Positions 41,667-51,838 of a stretch of 56,765 bases of DNA are shown here, piece by piece. Position 1 is the stretch's first letter. Every line of letters starts with the position of its first letter. The DNA comes from Deltaproteobacteria bacterium (GTDB lineage Bacteria > Desulfobacterota > Binatia > UBA12015), in the NCBI GenBank assembly GCA_046583355.1, contig JAYGCM010000016.1, positions 1-56,765 on the forward strand, read 5' to 3'. The notes beneath the pieces were generated by a model, which saw only the letters and a program-made list of their open reading frames with translations, was not told the origin of the DNA and searched no databases. The position numbers were made by a program, and so were the translations under genes.

Positions 41667-43061
41667 CTAGAGGCGACCGAGGCCGTCCAGCGCGGCGACT
41701 TTGTAGGCCTCGGCCAGAGTCGGGTAGTTGAAGACTGTGTCACGCAAGAATTCGACTGAGCCGCCGAGCGCCATGGCGGTCTGCCCGATGTGGACGAGCT
41801 CGCAGGCTCCATCGCCGATGATATGCACGCCCAGGATCGCGAGTGTGTCGGGGTGGAAGAGGAGCTTGAGCATCCCCGTGCGGTCGCCGGTCATATTGCC
41901 GCGCGCCAGCTCTTCGAAGCGCGCCATGCCGACTTCGTAGGGGATTTTCTCGTCGGTGAGACGACGCTCGGTCTTCCCGACCATGGAGATCTCGGGGATC
42001 GTGTAGATACCGAAGGGGAGGAGTTCCGGCGTATGGTTCGCTGCAATGCCGAACATATGTGATGTGGCGATTCGCCCCTGTTCCATCGAGGTCGAGGCGA
42101 GTGCGGGAAATCCGATCACATCGCCGGCCGCATGGATATGGGGGAGTAACGTGCGGTAGTAATTGTCGACCTTGATGCGGCCCCGCGAATTGGTTTCGAT
42201 GCCGATGGAGTCGAGGCCGAGTGTGTCCGTATTGGCTTCACGCCCGACGGTGTAGAGCAGCGTGTCGCCGTGTACGCGCTTGCCGCTCTCGAGCCGAGCA
42301 ACGACGCGGTCGCGCTGGTCGATCTCGACGCTCGTGACCTTCTCGCCGAGGCGGAACTTGGCCCGGCGAGAACGAAGGTGGAAGAAGAGCGCCTCAAGGA
42401 TCTCCGAATCGACGAATTCGAGGACATCTTCGCGCGCGTCAATGATGGTGACCTCGGAGCGCAAGGCGGTCGCCATGGATGCGTACTCCAGCCCGATGAC
42501 GCCGGCACCGACGACAATCGAGGAGCTGCCGACGGGGCTGCCCGCGTGCGTGCCTTGGACGATCTGGTCGGAGTCGAGGATTCGTTCGCCGTCGGTTGGG
42601 ACGGTGGGCGAATGGGCCGGGCGCGACCCCGTCGCGATCAGAACGAAATCGGCTTGGATCCGCTCGCTATGGTCCGGGTATTCGACGAGAATTGTATGCT
42701 CATCGACAAAGCGGGCTACGCCGCCCAGGACCTCTACGCGGTTGCGCTGGAGTTGGTCGCGGACGATCTCGATTTCGCGGCCCACGACCTCGTCGACCCG
42801 CAGGAAGAGATCCTTCCAAGTAAGATTCTCTTGCAAGGTATAGTCGCGTCCGTAGAACGCGCGTTGCCGGAAGCCCGAGAGGTAGAGGACCGCTTCGCGC
42901 AGGGTCTTGCTGGGGATCGTGCCTGTGTGCACGCAGGCACCGCCGAGCATCATCTTGCGATCGATGATCGCTACTTTCTTCCCGTGTTTGGCCGCGTTGA
43001 TCGCGCCCTTCTGGCCGGCGGGGCCGCTGCCGATGACGACCAGGTCGAAATGACGAGACAT
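41667..43061 (-). CDS. sthA: Soluble pyridine nucleotide transhydrogenase
   Basis: GSGPAG, GGACVHTGTIPSKTLRE, GAGVIGLEYAS, GDVIGFPALAS, FNYPTLAEAYKVAA. Start ATG 43061. Confidence 0.93.
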   Translation of the reverse strand: MSRHFDLVVIGSGPAGQKGAINAAKHGKKVAIIDRKMMLGGACVHTGTIPSKTLREAVLYLSGFRQRAFYGRDYTLQENLTWKDLFLRVDEVVGREIEIVRDQLQRNRVEVLGGVARFVDEHTILVEYPDHSERIQADFVLIATGSRPAHSPTVPTDGERILDSDQIVQGTHAGSPVGSSSIVVGAGVIGLEYASMATALRSEVTIIDAREDVLEFVDSEILEALFFHLRSRRAKFRLGEKVTSVEIDQRDRVVARLESGKRVHGDTLLYTVGREANTDTLGLDSIGIETNSRGRIKVDNYYRTLLPHIHAAGDVIGFPALASTSMEQGRIATSHMFGIAANHTPELLPFGIYTIPEISMVGKTERRLTDEKIPYEVGMARFEELARGNMTGDRTGMLKLLFHPDTLAILGVHIIGDGACELVHIGQTAMALGGSVEFLRDTVFNYPTLAEAYKVAALDGLGRL

Positions 43062-43072
43062 GGTTGGCCTCT

Positions 43073-46000
43073 TTACACGCTTGGGGCGGCGCCGCGAAAC
43101 CGCTCGATGCGCAGGTGAATGTCTTCGAGCGAGAGGTAGAGCATGGGCACGACGTAAAGCGTGAGAAGACTGGCGACGGCCAGGCCGAAGACGATGGAGG
43201 CGGCAAAGGGGCTGAAGATGCTGGAGTATCCGGATAAGCCGATGGCCATGGGGAGAAGCCCGGTGATGGTTGTGAGAGTCGTCAGGACAATCGGGCGGAA
43301 GCGCTTCTCGCATCCGCTCACGACCGCTTCCTGCGCGCTCAGGCCGCGGGCGCGTTCCCGGTTGATGAAGTCGATCAGCACCAGGGAGTCGTTGACGACG
43401 ATTCCGGCCAGACCGACGATCGCGTAGAGTACGTACATGGAAAGCGCGTAGCCACTCCAGACCAAGGAGAGCAGGAAGAGTCCGACAGCGACGCCGATGA
43501 AGGAGAAGGCGATCACGCTCATGACGATGAAGGGCTGCGTATAGGAGCGGAACTGGGCCGCGAGGATCGCGTAGATCGCGAGCACGGCAAGGAGGAAGGC
43601 GCGGCCCATATCGGCGAAGGCGTCGTCGGTTGCCTGGAATTCACCGCCGAAGACCAGGTTCACGCCCGGATGGAGCTCCGGGATATGGGCGAAGGTCTTC
43701 TGCAGATGCTCGTTCACGGAAACTGATGTGGCCGCCTCGTTGTCGACATCGGCATAGACCACGACCGCACGTCGGGCGTCGAAATGGTAAAGGCGTTGGA
43801 AGCCACGTTCGATTTGAAGGTCAGCCACGTCGCCCAATTGCACAAGGTAGCCGTCGCGTGCACGCAACTCGATACTCATCAGGTCGCGGATGCTGTCGCG
43901 GTCTTCTTCCTCCAGCAGGACCCGGATATCAATATCGTCGGATTCGTTGGGGGGGCGGTAGCTGGAGCTGATCACGCCTTCATTGGCCGCCATGAGGGCG
44001 AAGCCGACCTCCTGGAAGGTGAGGCCGTGCAGGGAGGCGCGGTCCTCGTTCAGGGCGACGCGCATCTCACGTGGGCCGACGGGCACGTTGTCTTCGATAT
44101 TGTAGACCCCGGGCAGTCGCGCGAGTTCCGTTTTCATTTCGGCGCCAATGCGTTTGGCCTCTTCGTAATCATCGGATTGAATTCGCACGGCGACCGGTTT
44201 GCCGATGGGTGGGCCGTTGCGCGGCGTCGCGACAATCATGGATTCAATCGTGTCGCGGTGCTCGGCGTGGTGGCGGTCGAGTCTTTCGCGGACCAAGTTG
44301 AGGATCCTCTCCGGGTCGGCCATATTCGCCGCGTTTTGCGGAAAGGTGAGGTAGAGGACGGCCCAATTGACCCCGAGGACCGGTCGCTCATCCGAGGTCA
44401 TGCCCAGGCCTATATTGGTCGAGATGTCGGTGATCTCGTCGCCCAATTCGGTGAGCGCCGCTTCAATTCCGGCAACGATGGTATCGGTTTTGTCGAAGCC
44501 CGCATCTTTTGAGGTATTCACCGTGACGAAGATGGAGTTGAAATCACTTGGAAAGAGATCGACGGGTACTCGCGTGAAGAGTGCCATGGCGAAGATAAAG
44601 GCTCCGCCACAGGCGGCGAGAAAGAGTCGGCGCTCGGGTAGGAGTCGCTGCTGGGAGGCGAGGTAGCGTACGCGGATTCCGGCGAGGAATTGATCCGAGC
44701 GAAGCCGCATGGCGTGGAAGGGCGCGGTCCAATGCCTCTTGTTCAGCTCGGGTGATACAATTCCGCGGCTGCCCCAGTCCAGGTAATGGACGGGCAGGAT
44801 CAGCATGGCCTCAAAGAGGGAACCGAGGAGGCAGACCACTACGGTTTTGGGCAGGATCGACATGAACTCACCTGATGTCCCCGAGACGGTAAGCATCGGA
44901 ATGAAAGCCGCTGCCGTCGTGAGGATGGCTGCGGCGACCGGCCACATGACTTCCTCGGCACCGTCGATCACGGCCTGACGGATATCCTTGCCGGATTCGA
45001 CATGCCGATAGATATTCTCGACGAGGATGATGGCATCGTCGACCAACATGCCACTGACCATGACGAAGCCGACCAAGGAGAGGGAGTTGATCGTGATGTC
45101 GAAGACGGGAAAGAGCGTCATCGCAACGAGGAAGGCGAAGGGGACGCCGATGATCGCGACGAGCGCATTGCGAAAGCCCACCGTCAACCATAATAGAATC
45201 ACCACGAAGATCACGCCGAGGAGGAGGTTGGAGATCATGACGCCGATGCGGGCATCGACGTAGCGCGAATCGTCGAGCGGCACGGCAATCTCGATGCCGG
45301 GTGGCAGGAGAGGGCGGTAGGTGTCGAGGTAGGCTCGCACCTCTTCCATCAAGACGATGACATCGTGCTCCGGTTCCTTGGAGATTCCGAGAAGAATCGT
45401 CGGCTTGCCGTTGAGCCGTGCGGAGATACGTTTTTCTTCAAAGCCTTGCTCCACTTGGGCGAGGTCGGCCAAGCGGATATGGGTGCCGTCCGAATTTTTG
45501 CCGATTACCGTCCTGGCGATCGCGTCCAGGCTTGCGTATTGGCCGATACCGCGGACCGTGATTTCGCCCAGACTCGGGTTGGTGAAGCTGCCGGCCGCAA
45601 AGTTGCGGTTGTTTCGGGCGATGACCTGGCTGATCTCGGCCAGCGTCAGGTCGTATTGTAAAGCGCGTTCGCGATCGACGATAATGCGCAACTCGCGGTC
45701 GCGCTCGCCGCGCATTTCCGCACGGCGCAGTCCGCGGATTCGTTCGAGCCGCCGCTGGAGGTCTTCAGCAACCTCCAGGATGGCGGATTCGCCTACGCCG
45801 CCGACATCGGACACGGCGACCATGGCAACGTGGTAGACCTCCGAGACGGAGATCTCGCGGACCCAGGGGGTATCCGCATTGGCGGGGAGGTCGGTTACCC
45901 GATCGATCGCCACGCGCAGGTCGTTGAAGGCCGCGTCGGCCTCGGCCTGGCTCAATGTCTCGTCCCATTGCACGTTGATTTCGGAGAGGCCGTAGGTCGA

Positions 46001-46249
46001 GAAACTCGTCATCTCCTTGATGCCGGTGATGCCTTGGATCTCGTCTTCGATTTTCGTCGTGACGAGCCGCTCGACCTCTCCGGGCGAGGCGCCAAACCAC
46101 GGCGTGATGATCATTGCCGTGTTGAATGAGATATCGGGGAAGACATCGACCGGAATCCGGCGCGCGGTTTGCACACCGAAAACGATCAGGATCACGAAGA
46201 TGAGATTGACAAGAACGGGCTGGCTGACGGAGAAGCGTGGGGGGCTCAC
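43073..46249 (-). CDS. RND efflux transporter permease (AcrB family)
   Basis: MLVDDAIILVEN, VVNDSLV, RFRPIVLTT. GTG 46249 overlaps the stop of the adaptor gene. Confidence 0.93.
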   Translation of the reverse strand: MSPPRFSVSQPVLVNLIFVILIVFGVQTARRIPVDVFPDISFNTAMIITPWFGASPGEVERLVTTKIEDEIQGITGIKEMTSFSTYGLSEINVQWDETLSQAEADAAFNDLRVAIDRVTDLPANADTPWVREISVSEVYHVAMVAVSDVGGVGESAILEVAEDLQRRLERIRGLRRAEMRGERDRELRIIVDRERALQYDLTLAEISQVIARNNRNFAAGSFTNPSLGEITVRGIGQYASLDAIARTVIGKNSDGTHIRLADLAQVEQGFEEKRISARLNGKPTILLGISKEPEHDVIVLMEEVRAYLDTYRPLLPPGIEIAVPLDDSRYVDARIGVMISNLLLGVIFVVILLWLTVGFRNALVAIIGVPFAFLVAMTLFPVFDITINSLSLVGFVMVSGMLVDDAIILVENIYRHVESGKDIRQAVIDGAEEVMWPVAAAILTTAAAFIPMLTVSGTSGEFMSILPKTVVVCLLGSLFEAMLILPVHYLDWGSRGIVSPELNKRHWTAPFHAMRLRSDQFLAGIRVRYLASQQRLLPERRLFLAACGGAFIFAMALFTRVPVDLFPSDFNSIFVTVNTSKDAGFDKTDTIVAGIEAALTELGDEITDISTNIGLGMTSDERPVLGVNWAVLYLTFPQNAANMADPERILNLVRERLDRHHAEHRDTIESMIVATPRNGPPIGKPVAVRIQSDDYEEAKRIGAEMKTELARLPGVYNIEDNVPVGPREMRVALNEDRASLHGLTFQEVGFALMAANEGVISSSYRPPNESDDIDIRVLLEEEDRDSIRDLMSIELRARDGYLVQLGDVADLQIERGFQRLYHFDARRAVVVYADVDNEAATSVSVNEHLQKTFAHIPELHPGVNLVFGGEFQATDDAFADMGRAFLLAVLAIYAILAAQFRSYTQPFIVMSVIAFSFIGVAVGLFLLSLVWSGYALSMYVLYAIVGLAGIVVNDSLVLIDFINRERARGLSAQEAVVSGCEKRFRPIVLTTLTTITGLLPMAIGLSGYSSIFSPFAASIVFGLAVASLLTLYVVPMLYLSLEDIHLRIERFRGAAPSV

Positions 46250-47400
46250 GGCTGGACCTGTCTCGTCAGTCGGATCCATTCCCCGTCACGGAGTCTTTTG
46301 GTCTCCGAGATGGCGATGCTCTCTCCCTTTTTGATGCCCGCGAGGACTTCAATGAGTGTCGGTCGGAAGGCTACGGGCCGGGTGCGGATCGGCCGGCGCT
46401 CCAGCTGGTAGCGGCCCTCGGGATCGGCCGTGCCGATGACGAAAACCGACGTGACGCCAAGCTCCCGCAACACGGCTTCGCGAGGAATGGCAAGGATTTC
46501 GGCGTGGTGGCCGAGACTGAAGCGGGCTCGCGCTACCATGCCGGGAAGCAATGCGCGGTCTGCGTTTGCTATCTCGATCTCGACAGGGAATTTCCGGCTC
46601 CGTTCGGCGGCGGCCGCGCCGACACGCCGGATACGCCCGTGGAAGATGCGCTCCGGAAGCGCCTCGACGTGGAGCTCGACCGCGCTGCCCGGCTTCACCC
46701 AGACCACGTCGCGGTCCGAGAGGCCAACCTCCAGAACCAGAATGTCGAGGTTGAGGAGCTCGGCGACTTCCTGGCCCAGGTGAACGAACTCTCCTTCTTC
46801 GAGCGGAAAACTGCGCAGGATGCCCGCAAAGGGGGCGCGGAGGTGCCGTTTTTGTTGTTCGTCGCGGGCCTGCTCCAGACTGGCATGGGCCTCGGCGAGC
46901 ATGGCCTCGGTCACGTGGAGGCGGTTCGTGCTGCTTTCCATCTCGGCATTCGAGAGCACGCGGCGCTCGACCAGGGACTCGCTGCGGCGGCTCTCCGAGC
47001 GGGCCAAGGCAAGTTCGCTCTTCGCGCGAAGAACACGCGCTTCGGCCCGACGCACGGCAATCGCGGCTGGCAGCGGGTCGATTTCGATCAGCAATGCACT
47101 TTTCGCAACCGAGTCGTGCGCATGCGCATGCGTGCGCACAATGCGGCCGGCGCTCTCGGCGGAGAGTCGTATATGGCGGTCCGCTCCGAGGATCCCGGAA
47201 AGCGCGACTTCGGCACCCAGCCGGCGGGGCATGACGACGGCTGTTTCGACCATGCGGAGGCTGGCCTGCTCGCCGTTCTCTGTTGTGATCGCCTCGTCCT
47301 CGGCGGCCGTGGTGAAGAGCAGGAATGCTCCGGCCACAAGAGCAAGCGCAATGATGCGCAAGGTGTTCTTGAGGCTGCGGGAGCGATTTTGTTCGCTCAT
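46246..47400 (-). CDS. RND periplasmic adaptor (membrane fusion protein)
   Basis: N-terminal TM, coiled hairpin, LRAPFAG, LLPGM, IPREAV. Confidence 0.9.
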   Translation of the reverse strand: MSEQNRSRSLKNTLRIIALALVAGAFLLFTTAAEDEAITTENGEQASLRMVETAVVMPRRLGAEVALSGILGADRHIRLSAESAGRIVRTHAHAHDSVAKSALLIEIDPLPAAIAVRRAEARVLRAKSELALARSESRRSESLVERRVLSNAEMESSTNRLHVTEAMLAEAHASLEQARDEQQKRHLRAPFAGILRSFPLEEGEFVHLGQEVAELLNLDILVLEVGLSDRDVVWVKPGSAVELHVEALPERIFHGRIRRVGAAAAERSRKFPVEIEIANADRALLPGMVARARFSLGHHAEILAIPREAVLRELGVTSVFVIGTADPEGRYQLERRPIRTRPVAFRPTLIEVLAGIKKGESIAISETKRLRDGEWIRLTRQVQP

Positions 47401-47484
47401 CGACTTTTCACTTCCCGGCGGGGTGTTGCCGGTGCTTGCTCAGCGCAATGGCGTGGGGCGGGCTTGTTGGTGTAGGCATCGAGC

Positions 47485-48291
47485 ATGTCTGATCTCCTAT
47501 ATGAAAAGCAAGATGCCGTCGTCACGATCACGCTGAACCGTCCGGAGCGGCGCAATGCAATCTCGCCTGAGATGATGGTGCGGCTTGGCGAGGCATGGGT
47601 GGAGTTTGAACGCGACGATGCTCTGCGCGTCGCGATTCTGACCGGGGCTGGCTCCGAGGCCTTCTGCGTGGGCGGTGACCTGAAACTGCTCATCCCTCTG
47701 TTTACGGGTGCCCGTCAGCCCGAGAACGAATGGGATGAGAAGTTGATGGCCAATCTGGGCTTCACCATGACCTCCTTGCTCAAGGGCTTCGAGCTCTACA
47801 AGCCGGTAGTGGCTGCCGTGAACGGTGTCGCTACCGCAGGTGGCTGCGAGATTCTTCAGGCGACCGATATCCGCATCGCCGCGCGTGGCGCGCGATTCGG
47901 TCTGGCGGAAGCCAAGCGGGGCTTGGTGCCTGGTGGTGGGTCGCTGGTTCGCTTGCCGCGTCAGGTGCCTTATTGCAAGGCGATGGAAATTCTCCTCCTC
48001 GGCGAACTCATGAGTGCTGAGGATGCCTGTCAGATCGGCCTGATCAACGAGGTGGTCGAAGCCGACGAGCTCTTGCCGCGGGCGCAGGACATCGCGGCTC
48101 GCCTGGCGGCCAACGGGCCGTTTGCGTTGCGCAAGATAAAGGAAGCTGTGTTGCGCACCAGCGGGGTGCCTCTGAACGAGGCTTTCGAGATCGAGAACCA
48201 GATCGCCGGCGAGGTGATGGCCTCGGCGGATGCCCGCGAAGGGCCGCGCGCGTTTACCGAGAAGCGTGCTCCGAAATGGTTGGGTCGTTGA
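47485..48291 (+). CDS. Enoyl-CoA hydratase/crotonase family
   Basis: TLNRPERRNA, FCVGGD, GGCE, FGLAE, EGPRAFTEKR. Confidence 0.92.
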   Translation: MSDLLYEKQDAVVTITLNRPERRNAISPEMMVRLGEAWVEFERDDALRVAILTGAGSEAFCVGGDLKLLIPLFTGARQPENEWDEKLMANLGFTMTSLLKGFELYKPVVAAVNGVATAGGCEILQATDIRIAARGARFGLAEAKRGLVPGGGSLVRLPRQVPYCKAMEILLLGELMSAEDACQIGLINEVVEADELLPRAQDIAARLAANGPFALRKIKEAVLRTSGVPLNEAFEIENQIAGEVMASADAREGPRAFTEKRAPKWLGR

Positions 48292-48314
48292 AGGCTGGGC
48301 TCGCGCCTTTCGGG

Positions 48315-48716
48315 TCAGTCTTCGTCGTCTTTGAAGCCCAGGCTCAGCGAGTTGATGCAATAGCGCTGACCGGTCGGCTGTGGGCCGTCGGGGAAAACGT
48401 GTCCGAGGTGCGAGCCGCAATTGGCGCATAGAACCTCGGTACGGATGGTTCCGTGACTGGTGTCGCGTTCCTCGGCGATTCCATCGTCGTTGCTCGGCTT
48501 GTAGAAACTCGGCCAGCCGGAGCCGGATTCGAATTTTGTCTCCGAGCGAAAAAGTTCGTCGCCGCAGGCGGCGCAGATGTAGGCGCCGCGCTCGTGATGG
48601 TCGCAATATTTGCCGGTGAAGGCGGGCTCGGTGGCCTTTTCCCGGCAGACGGAAAATTGCTCCGGCGAGAGTTGCTCGCGCCACTCGGCCTCGCTTTTGT
48701 TGACTTTGTCGCTCAT
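48315..48716 (-). CDS. msrB: Peptide-methionine (R)-S-oxide reductase
   Basis: [37 protein letters not shown]. Confidence 0.97.
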   Translation of the reverse strand: MSDKVNKSEAEWREQLSPEQFSVCREKATEPAFTGKYCDHHERGAYICAACGDELFRSETKFESGSGWPSFYKPSNDDGIAEERDTSHGTIRTEVLCANCGSHLGHVFPDGPQPTGQRYCINSLSLGFKDDED

Positions 48717-50488
48717 GATTTCGTTCCCTTCTCTTCTTTTTCCAATTTGCCCAAGAGTGCAAGGAAAAGCTCGCCGTAGTCTTCCAGTTTTTTCGGACCG
48801 ACGCCCGGAATGTCGAGCAAGGCCGCGTCGGAGTCGGGCAGTGCCGTTGCCATCGCCTGTAGGGTGGCGTCGTTGAAGACCAGATAGGCGGGCTTGCCGG
48901 CGGTATCGGCAATCTGCTTGCGCAATGCACGGAGTGCCAGGAAGTGCTCCTGCGCCGCACCCTCAAGCTCGGTCGCTCGCCCAAGCGAGGGACCTTCGCT
49001 GCGTCCCGAGCGCGTACGCATGTTGGTGCGAGCCTCCTCTACGAGGTCGATGCCGAGGCAGCGGTCACACGAGGTTCCGCAATCGGGAATTTTCTCACCG
49101 AAATGGCCTACGACGGCGCGATGGCGGCACTCGTTGCGTTCGGCCGTCCGCAACATGGTGCGGACTTGGCGTTTCTGGCGTTCGGCCGCTTCGGCATCGA
49201 GGCCTCTGAGCATTCGCTCGGCGCCGATGACATCACCCCAACCGTGGAAGAGGAAACAATCGGCCAGGGCACCGTCGCGGCCGGCGCGACCGATCTCCTG
49301 GTAATAGGATTCGATCGAGCGCGGCATATCGCGGTGGATCACATAGCGGATATTGGGCTTGTCGATGCCCATGCCGAAGGCGACGGTGGCAACCACGACA
49401 TCGATGTTGTCGAGGCGGAAAGCATCCTGCACCTTTTCGCGGGTCTCCGTGGCCAGGCCTGCATGGTAGGCCAGCGCACGTATGCCCTTGCGGCCGAGGA
49501 AGTCCGCGAGGGAATCGACGCTTTTCCGTGTCTGGCAATAAATGATGCCGCTTTGCTCGGCGCGGGCGCGCACCAGTCCGAGGATGGCGTCGCGCAGCTT
49601 GAGGTCTTTTCCCTTGGCGCGGCCGTGCAAGCGCAGGTTGGGCCGAAAAAAGGAACCCTGGACCCGCAGCGGGGCCCGCATGCCGAGTTGCTCGCCAATA
49701 TCGCCGATGACCTGGGCGGTTGCCGTCGCTGTCAATGCGAGTACCGGGACATTGCCGAATCTGCTCTTGAGATTAGCCAGGTTGCGGTAGGCGGGCCGGA
49801 AATCGTGGCCCCATTGGCTGATGCAATGTGCCTCGTCGACAGCCACAAGGCGAATGTCGGTTCGGTCGAGAACGCCGCCGAGCGAGGCCTCGATTCCTTC
49901 CGGAGCGGCGTAGACGAGTTCGTATTCGCCGCGCAGCATCTTGGCGACACGCTCGCTTCTCTCCTGGCTCTCCAGGCTTGAATTCAAAAAGGTGGCACGG
50001 ATGCCGAGCGAATCAAGCGCATCGACTTGGTCCTTCATGAGGGCAATCAAGGGGGAGATGACCAGCGTCGTGCCGCCCAGAAGGCGTGCCGGAATTTGGT
50101 ATGTCAGTGACTTGCCGGCTCCGGTAGGCATGACGCCGATGCAATCCTTGCCGGCAAGCACGCCGGCGATGATTTCCTCCTGGCCCGGACGGAAGCCCGG
50201 GTAGCCATAGATCTGCTCGAGCATGGTGCGTGCTTCCGGAACCTCGCCGCCGGTTGCGGCCGGGACCGCGGCAAGCGAGATGGTAACCGCCTTGAGCCTT
50301 GCCAGTACCTCGGGTGCGAAGATCTCCGGCTGCTCGAGCCACTTCTCCCGCAGGGTGGTGAGCCGCTCCTGGCAGACTTCGCGCAGAGGGTCGGCGCGGT
50401 CGCGCGTGCTGGCCGCCAGTTCTTCGAGCGCGGCGACAGATTCGAGGAGCTCCGCCGTTTCGGGCGGAGCGATGCCGGGTGCAACCAT
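48713..50488 (-). CDS. recQ: RecQ-family DNA helicase with HRDC domain
   Basis: [44 protein letters not shown], Zn site CRH...CGTSCDRC, C-terminal HRDC. Confidence 0.92.
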   Translation of the reverse strand: MVAPGIAPPETAELLESVAALEELAASTRDRADPLREVCQERLTTLREKWLEQPEIFAPEVLARLKAVTISLAAVPAATGGEVPEARTMLEQIYGYPGFRPGQEEIIAGVLAGKDCIGVMPTGAGKSLTYQIPARLLGGTTLVISPLIALMKDQVDALDSLGIRATFLNSSLESQERSERVAKMLRGEYELVYAAPEGIEASLGGVLDRTDIRLVAVDEAHCISQWGHDFRPAYRNLANLKSRFGNVPVLALTATATAQVIGDIGEQLGMRAPLRVQGSFFRPNLRLHGRAKGKDLKLRDAILGLVRARAEQSGIIYCQTRKSVDSLADFLGRKGIRALAYHAGLATETREKVQDAFRLDNIDVVVATVAFGMGIDKPNIRYVIHRDMPRSIESYYQEIGRAGRDGALADCFLFHGWGDVIGAERMLRGLDAEAAERQKRQVRTMLRTAERNECRHRAVVGHFGEKIPDCGTSCDRCLGIDLVEEARTNMRTRSGRSEGPSLGRATELEGAAQEHFLALRALRKQIADTAGKPAYLVFNDATLQAMATALPDSDAALLDIPGVGPKKLEDYGELFLALLGKLEKEEKGTKS

Positions 50489-50602
50489 ACTTCTGGTGAA
50501 GGTCGGCTATCGCGGCGGCGAGCGCAAGGGCAGGTAGACCATTGCCGTGTGTCTCGATCCCGTCGAGGGTGCACTTTCCCGCCCGATCTTTAAAGTTGGT
50601 CG

Positions 50603-51235
50603 ATGGTCGCAGGCGAGCTCCCCTTTGATTTGAACCTGCGCACGCGGGTGGTGGAAAACCTTGCTCGGCATCCCCGCGTGACGGTTGCGCCTGGCGACCG
50701 GCGGTTGGCCGCCGTAGCGATCGTGCTGGTGGCGGACGAGGCCGGTCGATCGGCGTTCGTGCTGACCCGCAGAGCTTCGAAGCTGGCCGACCATCCTGGT
50801 CAATTCGCACTTCCTGGCGGCCAAATCGAGGCCGGTGAATCGGCGGTTGAGGCGGCATTGCGCGAGACCTCCGAGGAGGTCGGATTGCACTTGCCCCCGG
50901 AGAGCGTTCTGGGCGTACTCGACGATTATGTGACCCGGTCGGGTTTCCTGATCACCCCGATCGTGGCATGGGGCGGCGCGTCGCCGGAACTGGTCGCCGC
51001 CCCCGGCGAGGTAGCGCGCATTTTCCGCGTTCCCTTGGCCGACCTGGAACATCCGGCGATCCCGGAACTGCGTGCCATCCCCGAGAGCGAACGGCCGGTC
51101 ATCTCGTTGCCGCTCGTCGGCACGCATATTCACGCGCCCACGGCCTCGGTACTCTTCCAGATGCGTGAGGTGGCGATTCACGGTCGCATGATGCGGGTCG
51201 ACGGCTACGAGGAGCCGGTTTGGGCTTGGCGCTAG
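50603..51235 (+). CDS. Nudix hydrolase, CoA pyrophosphatase-like
   Basis: LTRRASKLADHPGQFALPGG followed by the Nudix box AALRETSEEVG. Confidence 0.9.
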   Translation: MVAGELPFDLNLRTRVVENLARHPRVTVAPGDRRLAAVAIVLVADEAGRSAFVLTRRASKLADHPGQFALPGGQIEAGESAVEAALRETSEEVGLHLPPESVLGVLDDYVTRSGFLITPIVAWGGASPELVAAPGEVARIFRVPLADLEHPAIPELRAIPESERPVISLPLVGTHIHAPTASVLFQMREVAIHGRMMRVDGYEEPVWAWR

Positions 51236-51257
51236 GTCCGGCCGAAAAGCCGGATAT

Positions 51258-51797
51258 CTAGGCTCCCTCTCGGGTTCGGCTGATCGAAAGTCCCGGCCGC
51301 GGCGGCAGGTTCAGGACTTCGCGCGGGAAGAGAGCGACCAGATACTCGCAAATGCTTCGCATCGCGATGATGCCGACCGGATAGCCCTCGTCATCGACCA
51401 GGGGCACATGGCGGAACCCTCCGATGGTCATCCGGTTCAGCGCGTAGGAGATCGCATCTTCGCGAGTGAGAGTTTCCGGGTCACGGGTCATCACGCTCTC
51501 GACCGTGGCGTTGTCGATGTCGATCCGGCTGGTTGCGATCTGCCGCAGCACATCACGCTCGGTGAAGATTCCGACCAACTTTTCGTCCACGACCACCAGA
51601 ACGCAGCCGACATGTTCGCGGTTCATGGTCTCGATGGCCTGCCGGAGAGTCGCATCGGGCCCGACGGCAATGGGCTCACGCACTTCCGGTAGGTCGGCGA
51701 TCGGCGCCTGCAGGATGGACTCCTTCGGCCAGGCGGGTTCGCTAGCACGCTCGTTGGCGATGGCTTCTTCTTCAAAGATAAAATCTTCGCGCATCAT
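51258..51797 (-). CDS. Tandem CBS-domain protein
   Basis: VGCVLV, GIFTERD, MTRDPETL, GFRHVPLVD. Start ATG 51797. Confidence 0.88.
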   Translation of the reverse strand: MMREDFIFEEEAIANERASEPAWPKESILQAPIADLPEVREPIAVGPDATLRQAIETMNREHVGCVLVVVDEKLVGIFTERDVLRQIATSRIDIDNATVESVMTRDPETLTREDAISYALNRMTIGGFRHVPLVDDEGYPVGIIAMRSICEYLVALFPREVLNLPPRPGLSISRTREGA

Positions 51798-51838
51798 TGC
51801 GGTCCCTCTCTGGTCTCGTTGGTCGGCCCAATTGGATC

